Part shown: one piece after another, positions 1 through 7,929 of the stretch | How positions within the stretch are numbered: position 1 is the stretch's first letter | Layout of the letters: every line of letters begins with the position of its first letter | IMG/VR virus record: IMGVR_UViG_3300020050_013219 | Strand: one strand, 5' to 3' | DNA length: 12,856 bases | Origin: a virus | Lineage: Duplodnaviria > Heunggongvirae > Uroviricota > Caudoviricetes | Notes under the pieces: model-generated | The model's input: the letters and a program-made list of their open reading frames with translations, nothing else | The model's database searches: none | Told to the model about the DNA's origin: nothing | Made by a program: the position numbers and the translations under genes

Positions 1-3000
1 CTGTAATGTGAGAACTGTTACCTTCAATATCTTTATAGTTGTTAGCTAAAAATCTTCTATAAGTATCTTTTTGTTCTTCATTATTAGCTTTTTCAGACCA
101 TATTACTCTGTTAGGAAATAAGTTTGTATCGCACCTATATTCTTGTAAAGGTAAAAGTCTATAATTTGGAGCTTTTATATTGTAAACAGGATTAAGTTTA
201 TAAAAGTTTTTGAAAAGTTCATAATATTTCCATTCTCCATTATTTGTAAGTCTGCTTATTGAATTTCCGTTTAATTCCAACATTAATAACTCTTTACCTT
301 TATCTCCGTAATATTTTGGAAAGAATAAATTTGTTTTAACAACAGCATTGGCAGCATCATAAGATTCATTTTTCTTTGCAGAATCATCATCTTTAAAATA
401 TGTATTATTCCAAACATCATCATTATGCTCACGCCATTCCATATTTATTTCACTTTCATAATAAGTATCAATGATTTTAGATTCAAATACAGAATTTGTT
501 TCCAAATTTACATTGTTTGAAGATTGAAAAAGTAAATCTTTTGTATCACCTGTTACATTATTATCTTTTGTGAATAAATTCAAATAATCTGGGTCAGTTG
601 CTCCATCAGCATGTGGAACATATCCATAAAAACTTTGTCTAAAAGAAAATCTACAAATGAAAATGTCTCCTGACGTTACAATTGCATAATGACTTTGAAT
701 TTCTCCATCATATTGCCAAATAGTATTACTATAATCTATATATTTAATTTTCGTAAGGTCTTTGTAGCAATCTGTTTTATAGCGTTTTATGGCTACATAA
801 TTATGGCTCATCCAACCACCTGCATCAAAAATATTAGAAATACCTTCTTCTGTTTGAAAATTAAAAGCTGCTGTATAAGTTCCTGGAACAGCCCATTGAT
901 TTACATCTTTTTTTATACCCGAACCTGTTGGAAGTACTCCTGAATTAAATATTGCGGAAGTACACTCACTGTCTTTTCGTCTATAAGAAACTAAATAAGG
1001 GTTAGTATCTTGTCTTCCTTCCACTTGAAATATATTAACTTCTTGTTGAGTTTTATTGTTAAAACTTGCATTAGGAGGTGTTACAATATTTGTTTTAATT
1101 TGAGATTCTCCATTAAATGTACTATCTGCATTTATAAAAACTGAATTTTTGATTACTCTATTTGTAAGTAATTCAAATGGAATATAATTCTTTTCAAATC
1201 TATAATAGCAGTTTGTTGTTAAGATATTTGTAGTTTGTCTGTTTTTAAATCTTTTTCTATTGTTTAATACAAAGAAATGGTCATTACTTAATGTAGGGTA
1301 AGATGCTGCATTTGGTGTTAAGGAAGTATATAATTCTCTTTCCCACTTAATGTGAGTTCCGTTTAATTCACTACCTTTTAGCTTACTTAAAGGGGAATGA
1401 TAACCAATCATATTTATAGCAGTTTCTACTGGTAAATCAAGTTCTTCATTATTTTCATTTTGATAAGCAATACTATCACTACAAGCAGGTAAACATACAA
1501 ATGCTTGGTCTCCACCTGTTACTGGAATTGAAACTTGCATACTTGTTTGTAAAGTATAGCTTTTAGGATATTGATTATCGTGGGAAAATTGCATACTTTG
1601 AATGTAATGATTTCTAATATCTTTATTACTACTACTAATACTGTCCACTAAGTTTTGTTGATAAGTTTGTTGCAATATTGTACCTAAAATTCCTTTATCT
1701 ACAATTGTTTTATCATTTGCTCTATCACCTATTACTAATTTATAAGCTACAACATCATCTACATATTCTTCAGGAACAGCTATGTTATCAAATAGAAAGT
1801 GCAAAGAATTTATGTAATAATTAGTACCATCAAAGCCATAATGAGGTAATAAAGTTGTATCAGGAGTTTTACAATGTCTAATAGCATCCATTACACCTTC
1901 TACATTTGGATAAATTAAATTACCATCACAATCTCTTGTATCAGGGTATCTAATAGGTTCATCATTAAGGTCTCTACATTCATAATAAGAACCTTCTAAA
2001 GTTTGACTATTATCAAAACCTGTATTGTAAGCTTGCCATCTTTCAAATGTAGAACGTCCTACACTATTTGCAAATATATCAGCATCACTGTAATCTGCCG
2101 TAGTATAAGTACTACTATCCCAACCATCATTTTGAGCTATTCTATTATGTAAATTAGGTTCTACACTTGGAGCAGGAGTTCCATCAGCACATAAGTCTTT
2201 TTTTCTTCCCGAAATATGAAATACAGGACTTTCACTTCCATCTGCCATTATCCAAACAATTCCTGGAGCATAAACCTCATCTCTCATTAAAGATTTATTT
2301 GTATAATATTGACCACTTTTATTACCTGCTTTAAAGTTCATACTTTTAGAACTATCATAAATATCAGTGTAAAACGGAGTATTTCCATCAATAAGTTGTC
2401 TTATTGTATAGGTAACTTGAATATCATTAGCTTTAATTTGAAACTTTCCCCAATCATAGTTTTTGCTTGTTAAATTAGCTCTGATTAATCTATTATCATT
2501 TTGAATCATAGTTTTACTGTTTTCATACTTTGCTGTGGGAATTGTAGTAGTTTTATAATCAATTAAAGACAAATTGTTTATGGAAGTAATACTTAAAATT
2601 AATTCATTTTCAGTTTTAAACTTTCCGTAAGAAAAACTTTGCACTGTGTATTCATCAGTGTATTTATTTACAGCAATTTCTACATAAGGATAATTTAAGT
2701 CCAATCCCCAAATCTTGTAAATCAAAGCTTTTGTTGTTGGAACATTAACATCTTGCCCTTCAACTGTTGTAGGATTATTAAAACTACCAAGTGAAGAAAT
2801 TGGGTATGGTAAAGTCTCTGAAAACCAATCAGTTACATTTCCTATTTTATCAACATATCGGGCTTTAATTGTGTAAGCTCCACTTGGTAAATCTCCTCCT
2901 GTTTCAGCTAAGTCAATCATTCTTATTTGAGCTGTGTAATAATTTGGTTTTAATAGGAAACTTTCACAGTTTATATGATATTCAGGATGCGATAAGTTAA

Positions 3001-3361
3001 AATATCTATCAGGTTCTATACCATCATAAAAATATAGAAGTTCTTGATTCTCATTAATAATTTTATATTCACCTTTTATAGGATTTTGATAAGTAAAACA
3101 ATCTACATCAAGTTTTTCAACTCCTTTACAGCCTTTCATTTCAATAATTTTAAAAGAAGTTCCTTGCAACAACAAGAATGTTTTTTTCTTAGGAGTTTCA
3201 ATAGTTCCCATGAGATTGTAACCACTTGGAATTTCATAACAAAGTTCATTACCTGTTTCATCTTGTAACTCACCAACAGTTCCTTCATTTTTATTAACCA
3301 TATTTAACGCATAAATATAAGTATTTTCAGGACTTATTTGAGTTTGGTTATACATTTTCAT
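1..3361 (-). CDS. Muzzle / tail tubular protein (crAss001 gp44-like, P22 gp10-related), 3'-partial, >=1120 aa
   Basis: Not in the ORF track because it has no stop in the window. Hand translation from ATG 3361 (ATGA overlap with the upstream stop; alternative ATG 3355) to position 2 is open: MKMYNQTQISPENTYIYALNMVNKNEG...ETGNELCYEIPSGY...YFYDGIEPDRYFNL...GGDLPSGAY...KTMIQNDNRLIRANL...KSLMRDEVYAPGIVWIMADGSESPVFHISGR...GDIFICRFSF...YESEINMEWR...FPNRVIWSEKANNEEQKDTYRRFLANNYKDIEG. These blocks match recalled crAss-like muzzle motifs. Confidence 0.88.
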   Translation of the reverse strand, partial: MKMYNQTQISPENTYIYALNMVNKNEGTVGELQDETGNELCYEIPSGYNLMGTIETPKKKTFLLLQGTSFKIIEMKGCKGVEKLDVDCFTYQNPIKGEYKIINENQELLYFYDGIEPDRYFNLSHPEYHINCESFLLKPNYYTAQIRMIDLAETGGDLPSGAYTIKARYVDKIGNVTDWFSETLPYPISSLGSFNNPTTVEGQDVNVPTTKALIYKIWGLDLNYPYVEIAVNKYTDEYTVQSFSYGKFKTENELILSITSINNLSLIDYKTTTIPTAKYENSKTMIQNDNRLIRANLTSKNYDWGKFQIKANDIQVTYTIRQLIDGNTPFYTDIYDSSKSMNFKAGNKSGQYYTNKSLMRDEVYAPGIVWIMADGSESPVFHISGRKKDLCADGTPAPSVEPNLHNRIAQNDGWDSSTYTTADYSDADIFANSVGRSTFERWQAYNTGFDNSQTLEGSYYECRDLNDEPIRYPDTRDCDGNLIYPNVEGVMDAIRHCKTPDTTLLPHYGFDGTNYYINSLHFLFDNIAVPEEYVDDVVAYKLVIGDRANDKTIVDKGILGTILQQTYQQNLVDSISSSNKDIRNHYIQSMQFSHDNQYPKSYTLQTSMQVSIPVTGGDQAFVCLPACSDSIAYQNENNEELDLPVETAINMIGYHSPLSKLKGSELNGTHIKWERELYTSLTPNAASYPTLSNDHFFVLNNRKRFKNRQTTNILTTNCYYRFEKNYIPFELLTNRVIKNSVFINADSTFNGESQIKTNIVTPPNASFNNKTQQEVNIFQVEGRQDTNPYLVSYRRKDSECTSAIFNSGVLPTGSGIKKDVNQWAVPGTYTAAFNFQTEEGISNIFDAGGWMSHNYVAIKRYKTDCYKDLTKIKYIDYSNTIWQYDGEIQSHYAIVTSGDIFICRFSFRQSFYGYVPHADGATDPDYLNLFTKDNNVTGDTKDLLFQSSNNVNLETNSVFESKIIDTYYESEINMEWREHNDDVWNNTYFKDDDSAKKNESYDAANAVVKTNLFFPKYYGDKGKELLMLELNGNSISRLTNNGEWKYYELFKNFYKLNPVYNIKAPNYRLLPLQEYRCDTNLFPNRVIWSEKANNEEQKDTYRRFLANNYKDIEGNSSHIT

Positions 3362-4155
3362 CGTTTTATAGTTCTAAGCATTTTATACATTTTATCATTC
3401 ATAATATTAGAAACTTTATTTATGTCAAGACTTTTCACCATGTCAAAGTTTTGGGCAGCACGTTTAAATCCAATCCATTTTTGATTAAATTCTTGATGCA
3501 AATCTTTATTTTGTTGAGTGTAATCCATTTGTCTTTTAACATCATAAAAATTCATCATTACATAATTAGCCAAAGCATCTATTAAAGGTTGATTCTTATC
3601 ATCAATCATAAATTCCTCCAGTTTGGGAAAAGTAAGATAATTAATACAAGCTAAACCTTTTTCTATTTGTGGAAAGTAAAGACAACCGTCAAGTTTCATA
3701 TCATAAACATATTCACAATCATTACAATAAGTAGGACAATCTTTACATTGTTTTTCAAAAATTACTTTTCTTGGTTTAGCCCAACTCCAAGTTATGTCTA
3801 TTACTTTACTATTGTTATTTGGAAACCAAACTGGTAAAAGCGGATAAATTGCATAAATTTGGTCATTAACAGTTTGTTGAACAATTGGGTAATCTGTGGC
3901 AATTATATTTCCATCTACAACTTCATAATCTTTTATAGCAGCTTCATCTGTTCTAACTGAAACAGCTTGGATAGCTTCATAATCTTCACACATACAAGCC
4001 TCATAATCCTCTATTTTAACGAGTTTAGTGTTCTGTTGCTTCAATCCTATCTGTAAAGATTTGAGTGCATTGTAGAGCCATATATCCACATCTACATCAT
4101 TCCATTCATTCTTTGGTAAGTTTATGTAGCTATAAACATAGCTGATTGGTTTCAT
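3358..4155 (-). CDS. Tail ring protein (crAss001 gp43-like / tail stabilisation protein), 265 aa
   Basis: Lies between the IHF-like and muzzle genes with ATGA overlaps at both ends. The blocks KIEDYEACMCEDYEAIQAV and GLACINYLTFP...QPLIDALANYV resemble this ring family. Confidence 0.7.
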   Translation of the reverse strand: MKPISYVYSYINLPKNEWNDVDVDIWLYNALKSLQIGLKQQNTKLVKIEDYEACMCEDYEAIQAVSVRTDEAAIKDYEVVDGNIIATDYPIVQQTVNDQIYAIYPLLPVWFPNNNSKVIDITWSWAKPRKVIFEKQCKDCPTYCNDCEYVYDMKLDGCLYFPQIEKGLACINYLTFPKLEEFMIDDKNQPLIDALANYVMMNFYDVKRQMDYTQQNKDLHQEFNQKWIGFKRAAQNFDMVKSLDINKVSNIMNDKMYKMLRTIKR

Positions 4156-4661
4156 AATCTCATATAGTTATTTATTAAATATTTATCCTTATCTAAGGCT
4201 TCTTTAATTCTTTTCAAACATTTGTCTGACCAATAGAATCTTAAAAATCCTCCCATTGTAGTAATGTTCTTTCTTTTCCACCTAATAGTAGTTTTGTAGC
4301 CATCTGTCCAAGAATAATCTTCCCACCATCTAAGATGTTTTGGTTTCCATCTTACCATGTAAAGAGTTCCCCAACCATAAGGTAATATTAAATTTTTTCC
4401 TTGAATTAATTGCTCTAAACCTGCTTCAAAACAAGCTGAAAGTATTTCTTTATATTGAGCCAAAGTTAAAGAATATTTATGTCCTGAAACTATTTCACTT
4501 TTCGGAACATTATTTCTACCTTGTACTTTTGTAGTATCAACATCTTTATGAGTATAATGTCTAAACATATCTACAAATGTATAATTTGGCTTATTAATAT
4601 GTCCCATTTGTTTACTCTTTATTTCTTTCATTGCTATTTTCGTCTTCTTTAGTTTTAACAT
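4152..4661 (-). CDS. IHF/HU-like DNA-binding protein of the crAss-like tail module, 169 aa (alternative starts at 4631 or 4607)
   Basis: YKEILSACFEAGLEQLIQGKNLILPYGWGTLYMVRWK resembles the HU/IHF helix plus beta-strand core; the protein is basic; it sits in the conserved position between two ring genes. Start is uncertain: ATG 4661 has a one-mismatch upstream motif (AATTA) but overlaps the upstream gene by 50 nt. Confidence 0.7.
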   Translation of the reverse strand: MLKLKKTKIAMKEIKSKQMGHINKPNYTFVDMFRHYTHKDVDTTKVQGRNNVPKSEIVSGHKYSLTLAQYKEILSACFEAGLEQLIQGKNLILPYGWGTLYMVRWKPKHLRWWEDYSWTDGYKTTIRWKRKNITTMGGFLRFYWSDKCLKRIKEALDKDKYLINNYMRL

Positions 4662-5256
4662 AATAATTTAATTCTTTATCAAGCATCATGTAAACTACGG
4701 GAATATATTGTTCATCTAATGGAAAATCTTCTTCTAATGGACTGTAACAAGGTTGATTATTACTACCAATTATATCTTCAAGTTTAGTAACATCTTCCCA
4801 AGCAGCTTGTATTGCAATACATTCAAGTTCAAGATTTTTAAAGATGTAAAGATAATTATCAATTATATCATAATAATTTTGAATAGCAGGATGTTTAGAT
4901 AATCTCTTTCCATGTATAAAATTTAATTGACTAATTAATTTTTGTCCATTATAAACATACATTTCAAACCTATCAGAATTTACCAAAGTTGGTGGAATTG
5001 GACTTACTGTTTTCATTACTTTGCAACCCATAAAAGTCGGCTGACATTCGTTTTTAAAAATTACTTCTTCTAAATCTAAAGAAATTGTTTTATAATTTTT
5101 AAAGCCAAGTTTGTGTTTCTTATCAAGTATTTCTTGTTTTATTTTATTTGCTGTTGTATTCATCAACAAATAAAGCTCTCTATTGTTTAGTGAGCAAGTT
5201 TGTTGTCTTTCTCTCAACATGGTTCTATATGTTGAAATTATTTCTCCTATTGTCAT
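4612..5256 (-). CDS. Tail ring protein (crAss001 gp40-like), 214 aa
   Basis: N-terminus MTIGEIISTYRTML...NRELYLLMN, YKTISLDLEEV...C...CKVMKT..PIP and C-terminal C..PLEEDFPLDEQYIPVV..ML.KEL..KED..SN match the recalled ring-protein pattern. Confidence 0.75.
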   Translation of the reverse strand: MTIGEIISTYRTMLRERQQTCSLNNRELYLLMNTTANKIKQEILDKKHKLGFKNYKTISLDLEEVIFKNECQPTFMGCKVMKTVSPIPPTLVNSDRFEMYVYNGQKLISQLNFIHGKRLSKHPAIQNYYDIIDNYLYIFKNLELECIAIQAAWEDVTKLEDIIGSNNQPCYSPLEEDFPLDEQYIPVVYMMLDKELNYYVKTKEDENSNERNKE

Positions 5257-5286
5257 TTGTATTTAGTTTATTTTTTGTAAGAACAC

Positions 5287-5314
5287 AAAAAAAAGGAAGT
5301 CTTTCAACTTCCTT
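5287..5314 (-). terminator. Intrinsic (Rho-independent) terminator
   Basis: Minus strand reads AAGGAAGT-TGAAAG-ACTTCCTT-TTTTTT: a perfect 8-bp stem, 6-nt loop and U-tract, starting 8 nt after the stop of the 120-aa gene. Confidence 0.85.
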
Positions 5315-5322
5315 AACGATTT

Positions 5323-5685
5323 TTAAATTGTATCATTCAAAACATACATTTTGTTAGGAACGGCTTTTTCAAGTTTAACCTTTTCATATCTAATTGTTTT
5401 TTCGTAAAGAAGTTCTTGCAACCTTCTTACATCTTCTGCACATTTAGCAGCTTCATCAGTTGCTCTTCTATTTTCAAATAAACAAGCTTCATTTCTGCGT
5501 CGCAAAGTATCTATTTTAGCTTCCATTAAAATCATTCTATCTTCTAATTTTTCATCTCTTTTTATCTTATCGTAAACAAGATAACCAGAAGTAAGAAATA
5601 AAAGAACTACTAATAGACCTTGTTCAATAATGAGACTCCCTACCTTTTTTAACAATGATTCAACTATCTTAGTGTTTATTAACAT
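5323..5685 (-). CDS. Single-transmembrane plus coiled-coil protein, putative holin (BhlA/UviB-like) or i-spanin-like, 120 aa
   Basis: One hydrophobic helix (GLLVVLLFLTSGYLVY) followed by a charged heptad region. EQG...GYLVYDKIKRDEKLEDR resembles the BhlA/UviB pattern. Function is inferred. Confidence 0.5.
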   Translation of the reverse strand: MLINTKIVESLLKKVGSLIIEQGLLVVLLFLTSGYLVYDKIKRDEKLEDRMILMEAKIDTLRRRNEACLFENRRATDEAAKCAEDVRRLQELLYEKTIRYEKVKLEKAVPNKMYVLNDTI

Positions 5686-5780
5686 TCTATTAAACTTAGT
5701 TCTTCATTAATTAACAGAAAATATATGTAGTGTATGTCAGGACAATTTCCTGATAAAAGTTTTTGGATTTCTTCGCACAT
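5679..5780 (-). CDS. Small Cys-containing hypothetical protein, 33 aa (MCEEIQKLLSGNCPDIHYIYFLLINEELSLIEC)
   Basis: ATG 5780 to TAA 5679. It fills the only sizeable gap, has AACTA 7 nt upstream and an A-rich leader, and overlaps the next start by 7 nt. Below the ORF-track length cut-off. Confidence 0.6.
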   Translation of the reverse strand: MCEEIQKLLSGNCPDIHYIYFLLINEELSLIEC

Positions 5781-5796
5781 TTTTTAATAGTTTTGC

Positions 5797-6615
5797 CTAA
5801 CAAGTCTGGCAAGAATTTAATTCAGCATATATTTTTCTATATAAAGCATTTTTAGTACAACAATCCGTACAATTTTGTAAAGATAAATACCAAGTAAAAA
5901 TATCTAAATTATTTGTTTCACAATCTTTGCAATCAAAATTCAAAGTGTTGTATATTTTACAATCTAATGGTTCACACTCAACTATAAAACATTCATATTG
6001 CCCATTAACTGATGCTGTATAAAAACCATCTTCTAATGCTATATCAATAATACTGTAACGTTCTGTATTAACATAGGAATTTAAACAATCATAATTAAAT
6101 TCATTAGTAGTTCCAACTGATTCTAAATCACAACTTTGACCATTTGAGAAAATTCTACTTACAATATTAAAAGTAATTCCATTGGTACAAGTAAAAGTTA
6201 ATTCATATTTTATTAGAAAATAATAGTATGTTTGAAAAGAATGAGTATTTGTAAAGTAAGATAAATTATTGATATTTGTAGTACTTACAACAGAACCATC
6301 TTCTTCAATAGTAACTGTCCCACTTACAGCAGTAACTTGACTTAAATCTAAGTTAAAACCGTAGCTAAATTCTGCAAATTGAGGACAAGTATTACACCCA
6401 GTTCCAGGAGGGTCATCACAATTTAGGTCATAACCTAATGTATAATTATTATAATAACATTGTGCTTCTAAAAAATTAGAATAAATATTTTCTTGACAAT
6501 AAACTTCTGTTGTAATATTTTCACTACAACCTTTTTTAACCCCAAAACTTATTAAACCTTTAATTGGCGGATTTATAAGAATGTTATTTTCTTCACAATT
6601 ATAATTAACAGTCAT
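5797..6615 (-). CDS. Cys-rich structural protein, paralogue B (candidate tail hub / fibre-docking protein), 272 aa
   Basis: 20 Cys including CNTC, CKDC, CTDCC and terminal CQTC; aligns end to end with 6605..7450; occupies the slot where crAss001 has its two tail-hub genes (function inferred from position). Confidence 0.55.
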   Translation of the reverse strand: MTVNYNCEENNILINPPIKGLISFGVKKGCSENITTEVYCQENIYSNFLEAQCYYNNYTLGYDLNCDDPPGTGCNTCPQFAEFSYGFNLDLSQVTAVSGTVTIEEDGSVVSTTNINNLSYFTNTHSFQTYYYFLIKYELTFTCTNGITFNIVSRIFSNGQSCDLESVGTTNEFNYDCLNSYVNTERYSIIDIALEDGFYTASVNGQYECFIVECEPLDCKIYNTLNFDCKDCETNNLDIFTWYLSLQNCTDCCTKNALYRKIYAELNSCQTC

Positions 6616-6915
6616 AGCAACCCTTAGTGATGTTAATTATTTTTTCATAAGCATTGCATCTTGCACAACAATCTAAACAATTTGAATTTAATGCTCTATA
6701 ATACATTAATATTTTCATGTAAGTTTCTAAATCTTTTTTCTTATTGCAATTGTAGCAATTTTTATTAAATTTTTCTTCAATAAAATTCTTTACTTTGCAA
6801 GCCAAAGATTCATCACATTCTACAATAAAACAACCATTAATATCTTGAAAAGTTGCAGAATAAAACCCATCTACTAAATCTAATGGAAAATGTACACCAT
6901 CTTCTTCAATAGTAA
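6295..6915. repeat. Exact 20-bp direct repeat ACCATCTTCTTCAATAGTAA at 6295-6314 and 6896-6915
   Basis: Read directly from the sequence; encodes TIEEDG in both Cys-rich paralogues. Confidence 0.9.
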
Positions 6916-7450
6916 TGCTTCTTAAACAATCATACTGATAATATAGATTAGTATTAAAATCTCCTATTGTAAAACATGGTGGATAAAAATTATAAACATT
7001 GGTATTATAACCTATTTGATAATTAATTGCAATATCAGATAATTGAAAGTGTAATATAAATTTATAGCTTTTGTATAAATTATTTGCTGTGGTAAGAATT
7101 GTTCGAGTTGTGTTAAAATAACTTAAATCTATATCTTCCGTTGTTTGTAATACCCCATTATCGTATGTTTTTTTAACACCAGTAAAACTTACAACATTAG
7201 AAACATCTAAATTAATAAATTCATCCCATGTTGTTTCTGAAAAACAAGCATCTTGAGGTTCTTCTTTTATTCCAGTAATATTATCTAAAGTAAAAAAAAT
7301 ATTTAATAAATTTTTTTTATTTTTAGGATTACAATAAATGTATTTTTCAGGTATTCCACAGCAAGTTTTGGTGACATATAATTCAACAATACTTTCTGGT
7401 TCTGTCATTACAGGAACAACTATTTCTTTTGTTTCACAATTATATGTCAT
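6605..7450 (-). CDS. Cys-rich structural protein, paralogue A (candidate tail hub / fibre-docking protein), 281 aa
   Basis: 18 Cys including CYNC, CLDCCARC and terminal CYDC; shares YNCE, K.C, YC, YDCL, L.DGFY.A, CFIVEC and L.CK with 5797..6615. Confidence 0.55.
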   Translation of the reverse strand: MTYNCETKEIVVPVMTEPESIVELYVTKTCCGIPEKYIYCNPKNKKNLLNIFFTLDNITGIKEEPQDACFSETTWDEFINLDVSNVVSFTGVKKTYDNGVLQTTEDIDLSYFNTTRTILTTANNLYKSYKFILHFQLSDIAINYQIGYNTNVYNFYPPCFTIGDFNTNLYYQYDCLRSITIEEDGVHFPLDLVDGFYSATFQDINGCFIVECDESLACKVKNFIEEKFNKNCYNCNKKKDLETYMKILMYYRALNSNCLDCCARCNAYEKIINITKGCYDC

Positions 7451-7456
7451 GGTAAG

Positions 7457-7918
7457 TTAGTTTATAATCAATCTTGCATCTGCAACAGAAGCTGTTAAAA
7501 TTGTAACAGTAATATTGCCAGAAGATGCTACAAAAGACCAAGTATAAGTTAAAGTATTTTCATAACTTGTTCCATTTTTCTTTAAAAGTGTTACAACAGG
7601 ATTGTAGCCTTTTAAGTGAGTTGTTCTTGGTAATGTGTAGGTAGAATTTGTTCCACCATTTACCCAACTTGCGGAAGGAATATCTACAATATATTTAGAC
7701 AATCCAGCAGGTGTAACAACTTTTGTATCAGTAGAACCCAATGAAGTTTCATCTCTTGTAGCAAAAGCAGAAATTCCACTTACAGTTGTTGTAGCAGTTG
7801 GTAAAACTGTTGAATCTGTTGAAAAAATACTTGTTAATATATCTGAAAAGCTTGTCCAATTATTTATTCCTGGGAATAATTTATTTGCAATTATTGAACG
7901 GTCAATAAAATATTTCAT
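7457..7918 (-). CDS. Short fibre-like virion protein (candidate head fibre), 153 aa
   Basis: Contains ATTTVSGISAFATRDETSLGSTDTKVVTPAGL, the common phage fibre repeat (A.TT..G...AT..E...G....VTP..L), followed by a small beta-rich domain (YTLPRTTHLKGYNPVV...GNITVT...RLII). Confidence 0.6.
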   Translation of the reverse strand: MKYFIDRSIIANKLFPGINNWTSFSDILTSIFSTDSTVLPTATTTVSGISAFATRDETSLGSTDTKVVTPAGLSKYIVDIPSASWVNGGTNSTYTLPRTTHLKGYNPVVTLLKKNGTSYENTLTYTWSFVASSGNITVTILTASVADARLIIN

Positions 7919-7929
7919 TGTTTATTTAG

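Noticed and set aside
3715-3738. Radical-SAM enzyme call from the CxxxCxxC match (CPTYCNDC)
   Set aside because: The rest of the protein and its position indicate a tail ring protein with no TIM-barrel context; kept only as a possible metal site.
3925-4015. EDYEA / EDYEA / KDYEV short peptide repeat in the 265-aa ring
   Set aside because: Short, imperfect and irregularly spaced; probably chance or an old micro-duplication.
5323-5685. Embedded o-spanin lipoprotein
   Set aside because: The overlapping frame gives only a 21-aa Cys-free peptide with no lipobox.
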